Position numbers and translations under genes: made by a program. DNA of 64,000 nt. Origin: Amphiscolops sp. MND2022 (taxonomy: Eukaryota). This document shows, in pieces, positions 9,824 to 22,654 of this stretch (positions are counted from its first letter, which is position 1; the number at the start of each line of letters is the position of its first letter). The stretch covers positions 36,084,001-36,148,000 of the forward strand of contig OZ076421.1 in the NCBI GenBank assembly GCA_964187785.1, in the 5' to 3' direction. A model generated the notes under the pieces. The model was given only the letters and a program-made list of their open reading frames with translations, did no database searches and was not told the DNA's origin.

Positions 9824-12800
9824 TCACAGCGTGCTGAAAATTGCTCAACACTTTGCACGCTGCTCTGTGGGCCAGAAAATTTTGCTCTAGAGCAAATTGC
9901 TGCAGCCAAGTTGGATAGTGTGCACCAAACAGACAGTCAGGCGGTTTGTCGACCTCTCAACCTCAATGGATTTGGATGTGTTGTGATTACCCAAAAGAGT
10001 TCTCTGCAAATTTGGCGTGATATTCGGCTTTGATGCTACTCGATACAGCGGAATACCACCAAAATGAGGCACCAGAGCGTTCAAAAAGGTGACACACTTG
10101 GGCATTCCGTTAAAATTATTGTCACTAGGAAGTTGCTTCTCTCAAAATCTCGTGATTTTGGCTATGTCGGAACACCCAGGGTTTCTTTTGGATATCGAAA
10201 ACCCTGCTCAAGGTAACTCCTAGAGATTTTCGTTTGGAAAAATGTAGTCCAGAGCGCGTCGCAGGCACTTAAAATTGCTGCCTTGAACTGTTCAGGATCA
10301 AATTTCAAAGTTCCAGAGGAGTCCAAAGTTTATGACCCGGCAATTTTTTTGAACCGTGGGATTTGCCTCGTTTGCACCCAGGAAGGTCTACTGGGTCCGT
10401 TCCGTTGGAAAATGAAGGCTTTTTGGGTCTGCCTCCTGTACAGCGGAAGTATTGAAGATTTAGAGTGACAGCTCTTCCGGTGTTTTCTGGAATTTTGTTC
10501 AAAACGTGTGTCTGAACAGAGTCAAATTCAGTTTTGTCAATGGTACTGGGTAAAAAATGACACAGCACGTTTCGTCAGCCACACAAGTCAGAAAAATAAT
10601 CTTCCGTAGCTGATAATTGCCTCCAGCTCCAAGCTAGAGCCTTTTTCAACAATTTTTTGATTTTCAACTTTTTTCGAAAATTACTCGAATGGCTTGTACA
10701 AGTGCTGGAAACGTGGTATCAGGCTCAAAATTGGTCACGCGATCACACGTACAGCCAGCTACACTACAGAAACAATCAATGAGAATTCAGACCACTGGGC
10801 AAGATTTAGATCTGGTACGGACGTTCCGTATCACCGTGTCTCGATTGACACGATTTTTCACATGCAATCAGAGACTCTAGTCCACAGTGCTGAGCTCTCA
10901 AGCTCACTTTTTCAGCAACGGTGCACCAACTGACACCAATAGGAATAGTCCAGGACAATATAATCTCAACTTTTCAATAAGGTACGCCGACAGTTTCAAA
11001 AAATGATCCAATTCGTTACAATACACAGGATATCACAACTTCAAGTAACAAAATACTAAGATCCAGCAAGGCAGCCCACTCAATACTGATCAAATAGTAC
11101 ACGCACAGCAATGAACGAACTACTGGGAGGTCAAACTAGGGGTTTCCACAGGTTTCCAACACGTAGAAATGACTTTTTTTCCCACTTTCCTAGTTTTCTT
11201 CTTGGTGGACCCTTGGACTGAAACAATGAATATGCACGTCCAAGAAGAGTCGAAATAAGTTCCAAGGGTTGTAGCGTGCTGGAAGGTATACAGCACATTC
11301 CAAGTTGATGCACTGACCCAAAAAGTGAGTCCAGAATTGGGGTATTAGGATCCAGTCACAGGTCAGAGGTTTTTCAGATATTTTTTGGGTTTTTCAGATT
11401 CACTTGAGAAAAACTCAAGTGGCTAGCGCTAACGCTACAAACGCAGGATCGGCTTAAAAATCAACCACACAAGCCCACGTAAACTGAGGTACACGGGAAT
11501 AAAAGCTGATTTGTGCTGAGGTGACTAGGTGAAGTTTCAACATAGTAGAGACTTTCGGTATCACTGTGTTCCAAGATGTACTGTTTTTCACGTGTCAACC
11601 CAGATTCTGGCGAACTGCAAAGAGCGCTCACGCTCGCTTTTTCGGCAACAATACGATAAACTTGCACTGGTTACGATAGTGGGTAGCAATTTGGCCCCAC
11701 TCTTTGAATAACGTGTTCAGGCAATCCCACAAGACTTCGTAGAATTCGCCTTCTTGCGCACCTTCTTGTGCAGTTTGTTTTAGTCAATTTCTCAACAGAT
11801 ATAGTAGCAATTGACACCAAACATGGCCGACGCTGTCAGTAGGCACCAACCACGCTGTTAGAGTAGTGAAATAGACGGTGGTAGGCTTGCAAGGGGTCTT
11901 CTCAAGGATTTGGACCTCTGCTCGTCTCGGTGAGGACTTAAGAAAATTGTTGTTTTTTCAACGTCCAAGACTTCTCAAAACACGTTCTAAGGCTCGTAGG
12001 CTGTTCAAATTTGCACAGCGCTTTCCCACAAGCACACTGGGCTAGAAAATCAACCTGGTGTAGGGGAAAAGTCTCCGGTCACTCACAGGAAGTATTTCAA
12101 AGAATTTTTGGATTTTCCAAAAATCGCACAACAACACTCAAGAGGCTCGTGTGTGCGCTGGAAGCGCTGTATCAAGCCCAAAATTGACCAACAGATCTTA
12201 GATACACGTAGGTTTACGAAAATGAACACAGTTTTGAGCTGCACTCCTTCTACACAGTTTCACCTAGGTACAGACGTGCGGTACCACTATGTACCGAAAT
12301 ACACTGTTTTTCACGTCTTTTTCAAGATTGCGGTCCACTGGAAAGAGCTAGCAAGCTCAAATTCTCTGCAACAACGTAGAAACTAGCACAAGTTACAATG
12401 GTGGTTCTGCAATATAGCCCCACCCTTCGGCTGAGGTACCCGGGTTACTTGGAAAAATTAAGAAAAAACTGCCTTTTTGCGCACTTTTTTGGGCGCCGCG
12501 TTTTTCCTATTTTCTCGACAAGTATCACACAGATCGGCACCAAACTTGGTAGTCCATGCCAGTGGGCACCTACAATGCCACTGATATGGTCGAATTGAAG
12601 CGCGAGCGCTTATTTGAGGTTTCGACTTCTTATGGACGTTACACGCGAAAAAACACTGTTTTTGACTACTTTTTTCACAATTTGACCAAGAGGATCACCT
12701 CAGGAAGTGATACGGCGGGCAAAATGGGACCAACGTGTTGCCCCACTATCCGTAGCACTAGGATAAACCCTCAATTGGTTGTGCCCGTTAGGTATAAGGC

Positions 12801-13034
12801 ACTGGCAGTCCTGCAGTTTTGGATTTTTTCGGCTTTTTTCGCTTCTTCGAAGTCAAAACGTCAGAGAGCTTTTCTCGACTTTGCTGACCGATACGCTCAC
12901 CAACTTTTCGGCACTAACGTTAGTTTTGGCGGTGGTTACAAAAATGCAACCACTTTTTGACTAGGGTTCAGGAATCGATGACCCGACCCTAGCTCAGAGA
13001 CAGTCCGGTTTAGTGGAAAATTGATCAAATTCAG

Positions 13035-13410
13035 TGCGTTTTTCCACTTTTCTCAGCAGTGAATGGGAGTTTTTACACGCAATTTTCACCACCACGCGTT
13101 ATTTTTATGATAAAAACAGAAAATTAGAGCGCGGAAGCTCCTAGCTAACAAAAAGACAGAGTGCCCATGGGGTTTTGATTGTGTACTCAGACACTCCTGA
13201 AACTGACTAAAAATCAAGGTTTTTCAACTTTTCTCAGCACTGAAAAGGAATTTTGCACGCGGTTTTCACCACAATGCGCTATTTTTACTACAAAAACAGA
13301 AAATGAGAGCGCACGGGCTCCCAGGTCTCGAAAACACTGAGTGCCCCAGAGGTTTTAATGATGCACTCTGGCACTCCTGAAACTGGCCAAAAAACAAGGT
13401 TTTTCGACCT
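13035..13410. repeat. ~180-bp tandem duplicate inside element A
   Basis: cttttctcagca...aaaaacagaaaat...gagtgccc...cactcctgaaactg occurs twice about 180 bp apart. Confidence 0.85.
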
Positions 13411-14467
13411 GTTCTCACCAAGAAAACGTTACAAACTCTCTTAAATCCTATTTTTGGTACTGTGGAGTGTGCCCCAAACTAATAGCAGCACGGAAGAGGC
13501 AATTACATCACAATCCAGCACTCTCCCAGTGGCATTTCATAGTGGTTTTTTGCCAACTTCGCTAAAAACCGGTTTTTTTCATACAAAACACGTCTCAAAA
13601 AGGTTTCAAACGGCCTTTCTGGTACTCGTTACGTTATGTAGCAGCATTCTCGAGGTCTTGAGCTACTTTACAACCACTTTTGCAACTTCGGTGGCTAATT
13701 CTTTGAGCGCTCGCGCTCGTACCAAGAAAAACACTCAAAAATGCCAAAAACGACGTTTTTTCTACTTTTGCACCTAAAATCGGACTTTTCTCACTGAAAA
13801 CAGCTGCAAAAGCACACACTGAGTTGCAATACGGAAGAACGATTCCTCATCAAAAAATACGCAATCGAAATTTTTTTCATACCACACTCCAAAATGTCAA
13901 TTTTTCCGGATTGAGGGGTGGTACCTTCGCCGTCTTTTTTCTCAACATCCAGACTAGCCAGAGAAAAACGGTTTGCACCGTCGGCAACGTCAGTGCTTGC
14001 TCTACCTTTCCACCAAATTTCATCCTTCTATGACGTCTGTAGGAGAAATGAGAGAGGTGAGTCGGGAACACTCGTTTCTGCTCATCTATCGATCTGATGG
14101 ACTGTGGTTCAACCATAAACTTCACCTCTCGTACATAAGCGCAAATCACTGAAAACAGCTAGAAAAACCTGTTAAACACCAGTAGCGACGTGCTACTGTC
14201 CACTACGCTTCAAAAAAGAGGACCCGCTGATGGGAACCTTGCAATTTTAGACGATATCTGTCAACAAGTACCTGTTATCAAAACATACCACAGGTACTCG
14301 GAAAAATCCCCTGAAGACTGGAAAAATACCAAATTATAACATCATAACATCTAAAAAATTTGGAAAAACTCTGGGTAAACGTCTCCTTCCAGAGTCCAAT
14401 CGTTCTTGGCGTCAAACACCAGGGGGCCAGATCTTTTAAAAACCGCTAGGGAAAGCCTCCCAAGACG

Positions 14468-14485
14468 ATCCCTCTGTGGTCGCCA
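14468..14485 (-). promoter_or_regulatory. primer-binding site of element A (tRNA-Ser-like)
   Basis: TGGCGACCACAGAGGGAT has tRNA 3'-end geometry (CCA, G discriminator, 7-nt acceptor strand, 5-nt T-stem strand, AT) and resembles Ser PBS TGGCGACGAGGATGGGAT. Confidence 0.7.
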
Positions 14486-14500
14486 AAAAATGAGGTTCTA

Positions 14501-15226
14501 TGTAACAATAAGCGCTGGCGCTTGAACCGTAACCTAGAGTGGAGGAACTAGAACAGCGAATATAATCTGGGACCTAGATCTCCGCGGCCCTAGCTCATTT
14601 TCCCTCCGAAGGAGCCAGTCCCAAGGTGGGGGAACCGTTTTGTTGGATACTCTCTGGCCTGGTCCTAGTCTGTAACTGCTAAAAGTAACAGGCATCTTGC
14701 ATGACTCAAGACCACTGCTCAACTAGCCTTTAAAAATCGGGCTGAAAATTGGTGAAGGTTGAACCGTAATATTGGAGAATCTGATAAAATCGCCAAGTTG
14801 GATAAACAGATGTTAAATAACAGCTCTCGAGCATATTAATTTATCACATCGAAGAATACAACAAGAAATCAAGAGTTCAGAGTCATTTGATGGAAATTGA
14901 CCTCAGCTTCCCAGCGCTAGCGCTAGTTGCCACACAGGATACCGCAGGAACACTCAGGCGAACATCTGGAACACTGGTTTTCTCTACTGTAGTAACGGTA
15001 GTATAGAGATGGACACTATACCGTGTTCTGTGTACGCTGGGGACGTCTCTCTAGTCGTCTCCGGTGCTTGTTCGTCGCGAGCGGCGATTTCTGATTTTCT
15101 GGGGTGCTTTTTCTGGCAGGTACTTCGTCTTGAGCATGTTTGAGTGCCACGTCAAATTTGAACGAATTTTTGACAAAATTTCCGAACATGTCGGTTGATA
15201 TTGCTGTACCTGAGCTTGCCGTTACA
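14501..15226 (-). repeat. element A 5' LTR (726 bp)
   Basis: TGTAAC...GTTACA termini; homologous to 6512-7294. Confidence 0.8.
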
Positions 15227-15544
15227 TTTCCTCCTGATTTTATTGTTAACATAAAACTAGTATCAAGGCCTTTAGATTATCACACTTATGATGTTCTGAT
15301 GCTCTGTCTTGGAACATTATTTCCTAATCACGGGTTCTTATCGTAACTGTGATCATAGAATATTAACCATAAGTTGACTGCAATGGAAACGATCAATGAT
15401 GCTTTTCATGATAAAAATGTAATGGAATATCATCATCCATTATCCATGAAATCGAAATTCATGCCATGAAACAGTTCTGATCAGGATTAAATGATAACAA
15501 GACGCTCGCTAAGCACCGGGATAGTTTTCCGCTAAAAATATACG

Positions 15545-15597
15545 CATCAGCCCGGGTTCGAACCCAGGCGCACGCACTACCAACTGCGCCATGGTGA
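15545..15597 (-). mobile_element. tRNA-derived SINE-like head (Pol III A and B boxes)
   Basis: Minus strand TGGCGCAGTTGG (15591-15580) then GGTTCGAACCC (15565-15554); spacing too short for a tRNA anticodon arm. Confidence 0.45.
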
Positions 15598-15758
15598 CCA
15601 GAATTTACTAACTAAAATAGTCAAGTAACTATAGTTACTTGACTAATTTAATTAGTAAATTCTAATCGCCATGGCGCAGTTGCTCCTCAATCTTCATCCA
15701 CTACTTGACTGTTTTATATAGATATAAAATAGTCAAGTTGTGGATGGAGATCGTGGAG
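15581..15758. repeat. two adjacent long hairpins (15581-15683 and 15684-15758)
   Basis: caactgcgccatgg/ccatggcgcagttg, agaatttactaa/ttagtaaattct and a perfect tagtcaagtaactatagttacttgacta core; the second hairpin reuses tagtcaagt. Confidence 0.9.
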
Positions 15759-16853
15759 ATTTGGCGGAATTTGGAAAAAAAGCGCAACACATATCATGAT
15801 TTTTCTCCGCCGATTATATGTGGGCGGAAAATAATAATAGGCCATGATGGTGAAACATGGTGAAACATGATGAAACATGGTTCCAAGGAGTTAAATAAAA
15901 AATACAGTTAACCTTTGATAGCGATTCGCAATAAACTGGTAATTGTTAATATTAAACTAGTATAGGTTAAAAGTAAATGTTTTGTTCACCGTTTGTTAAC
16001 GGTTTATCTTTCTAAGTTTTTCAATACCGTGTACAAAAGTGTTTCTCAACATAGTGAGTCAAGATGTAAGTGATTCCCCTTCGTTGTGAGAGAAATTGTG
16101 TCTGAAGGAAAAACTCTAAGTTAGTTCCAGAAGTAAGGTCCTAAGGAATAACGTCCAAAGTTCACTGTGCAATCAAAGATTCAGTGTTGGCGTACAGATT
16201 TGGAATGAACATTATATGGATATACACACAAAAATGAATACAAAGCAATGCAAGACCTAGAATGCATCATACCTGCGATGTTTTTAATACCTTCCAATTC
16301 CTGGTATTAGAAAGAATCGGTGAGAGAGGCCAGATCTCCGGACGCTCATGGTGGCAAGACCTCTTCAAATGATGGGGAGACTCGGATCGTTGTCGAATGG
16401 CTGAAATTTGTTCACGAGAAGAAATACTGGCAAGGAGCCCAAGGCAAGGGCAATATGTTTCAAATTGTTTCCTCTCGAAACCAAAGCTACAATTGTAGCT
16501 TAATTTATATAACTTAAATTATATAAATATGAAAATTATATGACTTGCATTTATAAACCTTCTTGCTTTTATGATACACAAAACTTAAAACTTATATAAC
16601 AAACTAGTTACAAGTATGCAAAATTGTAGACCTTGGATTTTAGTCGGCGTTTTAAAAGAAAAAGTGTCCGACTCTTGCAGTTTCCCTTTTTTGACGTTTT
16701 GCGATGGAAAAAATCCCAAAAATTCTCTTGTTTTTCTCGGCAAGTTTGAAGTACTTCATCAAATGGTACCCTCTTGCATTATCCGATGAAAAAACCTTCT
16801 GTGTTTATTTTGTTTTTTTTTAGTGGTCAGTTTTTCTTTTCCCTTTTTCGACA

Positions 16854-16913
16854 TTTTGGTATGAGAATTTTGGTAAATATGAATTCATATTTACCAAAAT
16901 TCTCATACCAAAA
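16854..16913. repeat. perfect 60-bp spacerless palindrome
   Basis: ttttggtatgagaattttggtaaatat-gaattc-atatttaccaaaattctcataccaaaa. Confidence 0.95.
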
Positions 16914-19900
16914 ACTTAATTTTTTTAAAGCCCAAAAAATTATCTTCTGGGCATTCTGTGACTTTTTTTACGTTTTCAAATATTCTAAAATTTATTCAAA
17001 GGTTCCCCTTTCTTGTTCTTGACATTATCAGGTATAAAAACCGTTTTGTTTTTGTTTTTGCCCTTTTTGTTTTCCTCACTGTGAGATTTCCAGATATTTC
17101 ATTTTAAAAAACAGCCTTTTAGTATATTAGAAAGACTTCTTTTTCAGCCGTGGCTTCGACTCGAGACGTTCCAGTCTTCTTAGTTATCCTAATTACCTCT
17201 GTTATCTGTAACCATCTGAACTTTTTTTGGAATCAAATCCGACAAGCAAGAGGATAAAAAATGTTAAATATTGATCTCAAATGTTTGAAAAACTGTTTTT
17301 TCTGTTTTATGTATTTGTTATGGTTCTATTGACTAATTTATCGTTTGATACTTGGGAAAATGTAACACAATTTTAAACATTCCCATTGTGATCTAGAGGT
17401 ACTGAACGAAGTATTGACATCAAAGATTTCGGGTAGATTTTTGGAAAATTGAACCCAGTAACTAGTAAGTTTACTTTTGAAATTGAAAATAAAGTCACTG
17501 TTTGAAACTTTTTTCACCTGTTTGAAAAGACCGCTGCCAAAGCATGGGAGGGAACTTGTTCTATGACCTGAACGGAAGCACAACTCAGCTAGACTTCCTG
17601 TTCCAGAAGATGAATGAAAAAACTCACTGGCTAGGGGTGTGTGATGATGGGGGGCAATGGATGACGGTCAAAGGTAAAGGCATCAAAAATTCTACATTCT
17701 GGAAACAATTAGCTGAGAATTAGCTGAGAATTAGGAATTAGCCGAGAAAAGGAATTCATAATATGACATCATACATCATATATGATTCAGAGTAAGGTCT
17801 GCCTGGAACCATTAACTTCTATGGTCCAGCTTGAAATCATAAATTTTAGAGAAAAATTGACAACAGCCAGCTTTATAGGCTGAATGCAGAACAGGCAATA
17901 GACCCACATTCGAACTTTTGTATCTTCGAACAATACATTGCAGGTCTCAACTCCGTAAAACACTTAGCGGAGTTAACTTTAAGTTATATCCACACAATTT
18001 TTTCTGAGCTCTCGACAATAAGTTAATCATTAACTCTTTTTTCAGCGTGACTCCCTATGTTTTTGAGAACATTTGCCAACAGTTCATCAAAAATGTCAAA
18101 TTTTGTAAAGGCGACCATGTTTTCAGTTTTGTGATTGTATTGGCACTTTGAATGAGGAATATCTAGTAATTGCATTAGTGTATATGATATTTGACTACGT
18201 TTTGTTAACTTTCTATCTATGGAACCAAAGAGATCATAAACTGAACCAAATATTGTCCAGTCTATGGCGACCTTTGAAGATTAATTAAATCATGGCGATC
18301 AAAACATGAGCCATAAAATGGACGCATATTATTAATAGACTAAATCATTTGTGATCTGAAAAATGGTCAGCTTGGAACCATAAACCTTCATTGTCCCGTT
18401 TAATATCAGCCTGGAAGCCAACTTGTTTCTTATGGCAGAGAATGATCAACCTGGTATCGTATGCTAGAGAAACAGGGGTGGAAAATTGATTTCCTTAAAT
18501 CTGTTGGAATACAACTCGTCGAAAACGAAAAAAAAATGAAAACTGGCCCCAAGAGGTAATGGTGAGTTCCTTTTACGCAAAGACTCAGGTACAGCAGAGG
18601 TTACATGTCAAAGTTTCCTCCTCAAAAATCCTCTTAAGAGTTAAAACCTCCTGTGCCAAAATATCCCAAATCAATTACTTGTGGTTAAAAGTCTATGTTG
18701 AGATCCTCTTCTTTGAAATGTAGCATCTTATTTTCTAAGAAAGGAAAAGAAAAGAAAGAACAGGAAAGAAAGGTTTATTCAATTCAATGTTGAATAAATG
18801 GATAAATTGCATTCAATCCAAAAATACAAGCAATCATTTCAGACACGGGTTGAGCCTTCTCAGCTTTTCGAGCCCATGCCCAGCAAAATACTATTTCGCG
18901 AATCATTATATTCCAATGAGGGCTATTTTTGTGACTATTTAGGAAAAATTTGAAACCGATCCTATTGTGCGAAGAAACAATTCTCAGGAGGCGGTTTCTA
19001 GGGGCGAGTAAAAACGTTCTTTTGTTTCAATGCATTCACCAACGTAGTTAAAACGAATCTTTCCGATATAGAGTTTTAGTTGAATTGAATTCAGTGTTCC
19101 AGTTTTTTAGCCAGTTGCAATAAATTCTCATGGCATTTTCAACTGATTTCTATTTTGTTACTGTTGTAGAGTATAGTGATCAAAATAGGCCATACTGTGT
19201 TCTTGCGAGTCTCATAAAGGCTAAGATTAATAGCACGTGTGAGATTATTATGCGGAAAGTTCCTTCTAAGCTGCAAAAAGTCTTCACAAATGGATTCAAG
19301 TATAATACGTTCAGATGCTGTGAGAGTGAGAAGTTCGGAATTAGTCAAAACAATAGATAAGCTTTCAGTATACTATTTAAAAAAATGCACCAAGTAGTCG
19401 TTTTTGCGTTGAGCTTTTTCAATCAATTTGGTGTTTGTTTTTGCTGCACTTCCACATTTTAGCTTTGTAAATCAAACCAGAAAGTTTGTTCAGCTTTCGG
19501 ACAACATGAGCAATATGGTTGGTTAAATGTATAGTTCTTGAAAATTACAAACCTAGGGTTTCACAGGAATATTGCTTTTACTGTGGCTGCGAAGTAACCT
19601 TCACTACTGCTAGTCCAGCGCCAATTTTTTCACAATTAAAATTTTACCTACCAGAATATCATATTTCTGCAAATCGAACGCATCCTGTAAATCGATGAAG
19701 CAGACCTCAACGGCTAGTTTTTTGTCAATCTGATTCCATAAACAATCTAGATTAAAATCTTCTAGTTCAAAATATCTTAGATTAAATTCCAGGTTAAAAT
19801 TTCCTATGTTAAAATCTTTCCGGTGAAAAAATCTTCAATCAAATTCTCAGTCAAGTCCTTCCACGCTAATATCTCCGACACTGATTCTCGCTGGTTAAAA

Positions 19901-20343
19901 TCTAACTTCAAGTTTCTTTAGTTAAAATCTCTGATTAGTATGAATTCAAAAGATTGGTCGAATGATTCGGCCGCACTCCTTCAGGAGCGCTCCTTGACCC
20001 TCCAGGTCAGCTTTCGTCAATAACAGCCCCTGGTCAAGTATAGGTAACTATCTTTATGTGAACGTAGCTATTCACAATTCTTCAACTTTTTGACGTAGAT
20101 TTTAACCCGTGACATTTTGACTTGGCACCATATCAAATTATTCAATTCATTCAATTCATCTCTTGGATCAACTTCAGCGCAGGTTTATAAAAAAAACAAA
20201 AGCTAAAGCTATAGCTCTCGACACATTCAAGGAACTTAATAACCAAAAAGAGCAGTTATGGTGCTTTGCCTGTGGCAACAACGTACAAAACGTCAAACAT
20301 TCATTTAGTTCTCGAGTCATTAGTTTGATATTTCTGTCAACAG

Positions 20344-20501
20344 GTGAAGTTCTGCCCGAGAGCAAAATCAAATGGGGTGAAAGTCCGAAGGAAGACCCTG
20401 GAGTGTGCCTGTACAACAAGATCGAGAATAATCAGAGGGTGTACATCTACGAGAGGGGTCCCACCAGTAATGATTTCGTCTTCGTTTGTACCATGATATG
20501 A
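20344..20501 (+). CDS. possible terminal exon of a divergent C-type-lectin-like host gene
   Basis: Acceptor tttctgtcaacag; KWGESPKEDPGVCLY...DFVFVC then stop resembles the CTL C-terminal W-x2-P...C...FxC pattern, but one Cys is missing. Confidence 0.3.
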
Positions 20502-21079
20502 CTCAGCGTGCAAGTGTGTACAGCTTGTTAAAACATTTGAATTTTACCAGAATATGAGCACTGTAAGAGTAATGAATAGGTATCTCATCAACATCGCTTT
20601 ATCACTGTAAATTCAAGTAGTTTTTTAAATATTATTCAAGTTTTATAATATTTATGCTGTTAGAAAGTCGAGTAAGGAAAGTCGAGTAAGGAAAGAAAGT
20701 CGAATACTCCCGTGGGTACTTTTCCTCAATGCCATTCCCCCCCAATCTTAAGACTATTGCTCAAAATATATTATTGATTCAAATGTGCGATTGCTGCCCA
20801 GAGCTTTCAATGAGCCCACAAAGCCGAAAATCTGTCAACAAAGCACATCAAAGAAGACTTCAGAGAAACTGGTACAGGAAAAAAAGTACCCGGGTCCGGA
20901 ACAGTGCTGAACTTGAAAATTCTTGTGTAGGTAGAAGGGTACAAAAGACCGAAGGCACTGTTTTTTGGCACTGGGATTTTTTGCAGAAAATTCATGTCCA
21001 ACTTTTGACGGATTAATGATTGATACAAAGTGCTCGCAGAACCTCTCTTGATTCTAAATTCTCGAAACGGAGAATTTTT

Positions 21080-21830
21080 TTTTGGTTTTTTTTTTCATTT
21101 TTTGAATCCATCGCTTCCTTAAGCGATTTTGAACTCCTTCGAACTTTGAGACCCTTTGTTTTCCAATTTTTATTTTATTGATAATATTTTATGCAGAGGA
21201 TGTTATGCATAATTCAAGATGACGCAACGATGCCCACCTTTTTGTTCCAATTTTGTTTTGTTGAGAGTTTTAAAGCCTTTCAAGTTGTTCTCCCGCTGCA
21301 ACAAAAAATACAAAAGAGCACCTTATACAAAATGCTCGTTCAGCTATTTCATTGGCCTCGATATTTGAGACACTTGAAATCTGGAAACAATGTGCTGAAG
21401 TTTTTGAGACAGAATAGCGAGCGTTTTTTATTTTCCAATTTTTTCAAAGGGGGTGTTATCCATAATTCAAGACCACGAAATGAGGCCAGCCTGTTTGTTC
21501 CAAATTTGTTTGTTGAGAATTTCAAAACCTTTCAAGTTGTTCTCCCACTGCTACTATACAAAATGCTCCCAAAAGCGAGAACAATTTAGCAACCAACAAT
21601 GGTGATACTTTCGATTATGCAAGCTTTTTTGTCAATATTTACTTTTGTCATCTGGAAATAATTCACTGAATGTTATTGTCTCCTTGAGCTCACTGAACTC
21701 GCAAAGTAACTAGAAAATACCTCAAGCATACACTTTGACCGAAAACACTCAAATTTACTCGTGAAGTTTCACCTGAGCGTTGCAATGAACGAAACATTCA
21801 TTTTTTAGTTTTCATTGGATGCCATCGAAA
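21080..21830 (+). repeat. dispersed repeat, second copy at ~46370-46990
   Basis: Shared gcgattttgaact.cttcgaactttgagac, cataattcaaga (twice internally here) and tttagcaacca.acaatgg blocks. Confidence 0.7.
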
Positions 21831-21877
21831 TCTCAGAGGAATTGGGAGAAAGAATAAAAAAATCCGAGAACGGCCTA

Positions 21878-22494
21878 AATCGGCACCCTAAGGCTCAAAA
21901 ATTACAAAAGGACTTAAAGGCGTCAAGTATTCTCTTCTACAGACCCGAAAAATCCAAACGAGGACCGAACTGGCGTGCCCGCTAGCGCGGTCCTCTAGCG
22001 CGCTAAAAAGGGGGATCCTATCTATGGGAGTTTTCAACATCCATTTTGCTGCGAAATAAAAAAAATGAAAGGGAGGCCTTTGGAGACATTTTCGAATAAA
22101 AAAAAGAAAATAAAGTCTGAGAGTGCCAAAAAATGAAAGTGAGGACTCTTTAGTCTCGTCCGGTATTGTAAGTTATGCTCAAAAAAAAACAACTATTATA
22201 GGTTAATTCCTTGCTCCAAATGGTATATTTTGGCTCCTTACAATTTTGTAGAACTTTGTAGAACTAGTTTAGTCACATTACGATACAAATTCAGCAGAGA
22301 ACTAGCAAGATCTTGCTAGTTCGAATAACACCCAATAAAAAGGAGTTCATATTTCCGATACGCGTTACAAGTTTTGCTCGTTACACTATGTGATTTGGCG
22401 TTACGCGTAGTGATCAAAATGCAGTAAAGGGCAGTTCGTGTGGATTGAAAAAAACCACTATTATAGCCGCGTTTCAATTTGTGTAGCGCCGACT
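21878..22494. mobile_element. MITE-like short repeat family member
   Basis: Ends gcgccgact at 22494; body aligns with 1628-2069. Confidence 0.5.
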
Positions 22495-22654
22495 AAAATT
22501 GAAAGAGGAAGCGGAAACGCGAACAGGAGTTGCAAGAAATTTCGAGTGTTTGAGTTCGCGAGTGTTTGAGTCACAAAATTCCGTGTACTATATGTCAACT
22601 TGAGGACTCAACACATACTTCCAACAACTATTAAACAACACTGAACATGATAAT

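Larger units (their letters stand above)
6512..15226 (-). mobile_element. element A: large LTR retrotransposon-like element lacking recognisable gag/pol (LARD-like)
   Basis: Direct repeats 6512-7294 and 14501-15226, both TGTAAC...GTTACA; 18-nt PBS at 14468-14485; purine-rich tract next to 7294; no RT, RNase H or integrase motifs found inside; no TSD (tgttt vs tttcc). Confidence 0.75.

Noticed and set aside
15545-15597. tRNA gene
   Set aside because: A and B boxes are too close; no anticodon arm or acceptor stem can be formed.
16260-16480. GC-richer block with possible exon on either strand
   Set aside because: No recognisable motif, and strand and frame could not be decided.
19740-19930. 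Cluster of GTTAAAATCT-like motifs, plus short tandem repeats at 17705-17750 and 15845-15880
   Set aside because: Low-complexity slippage products with no further structure.
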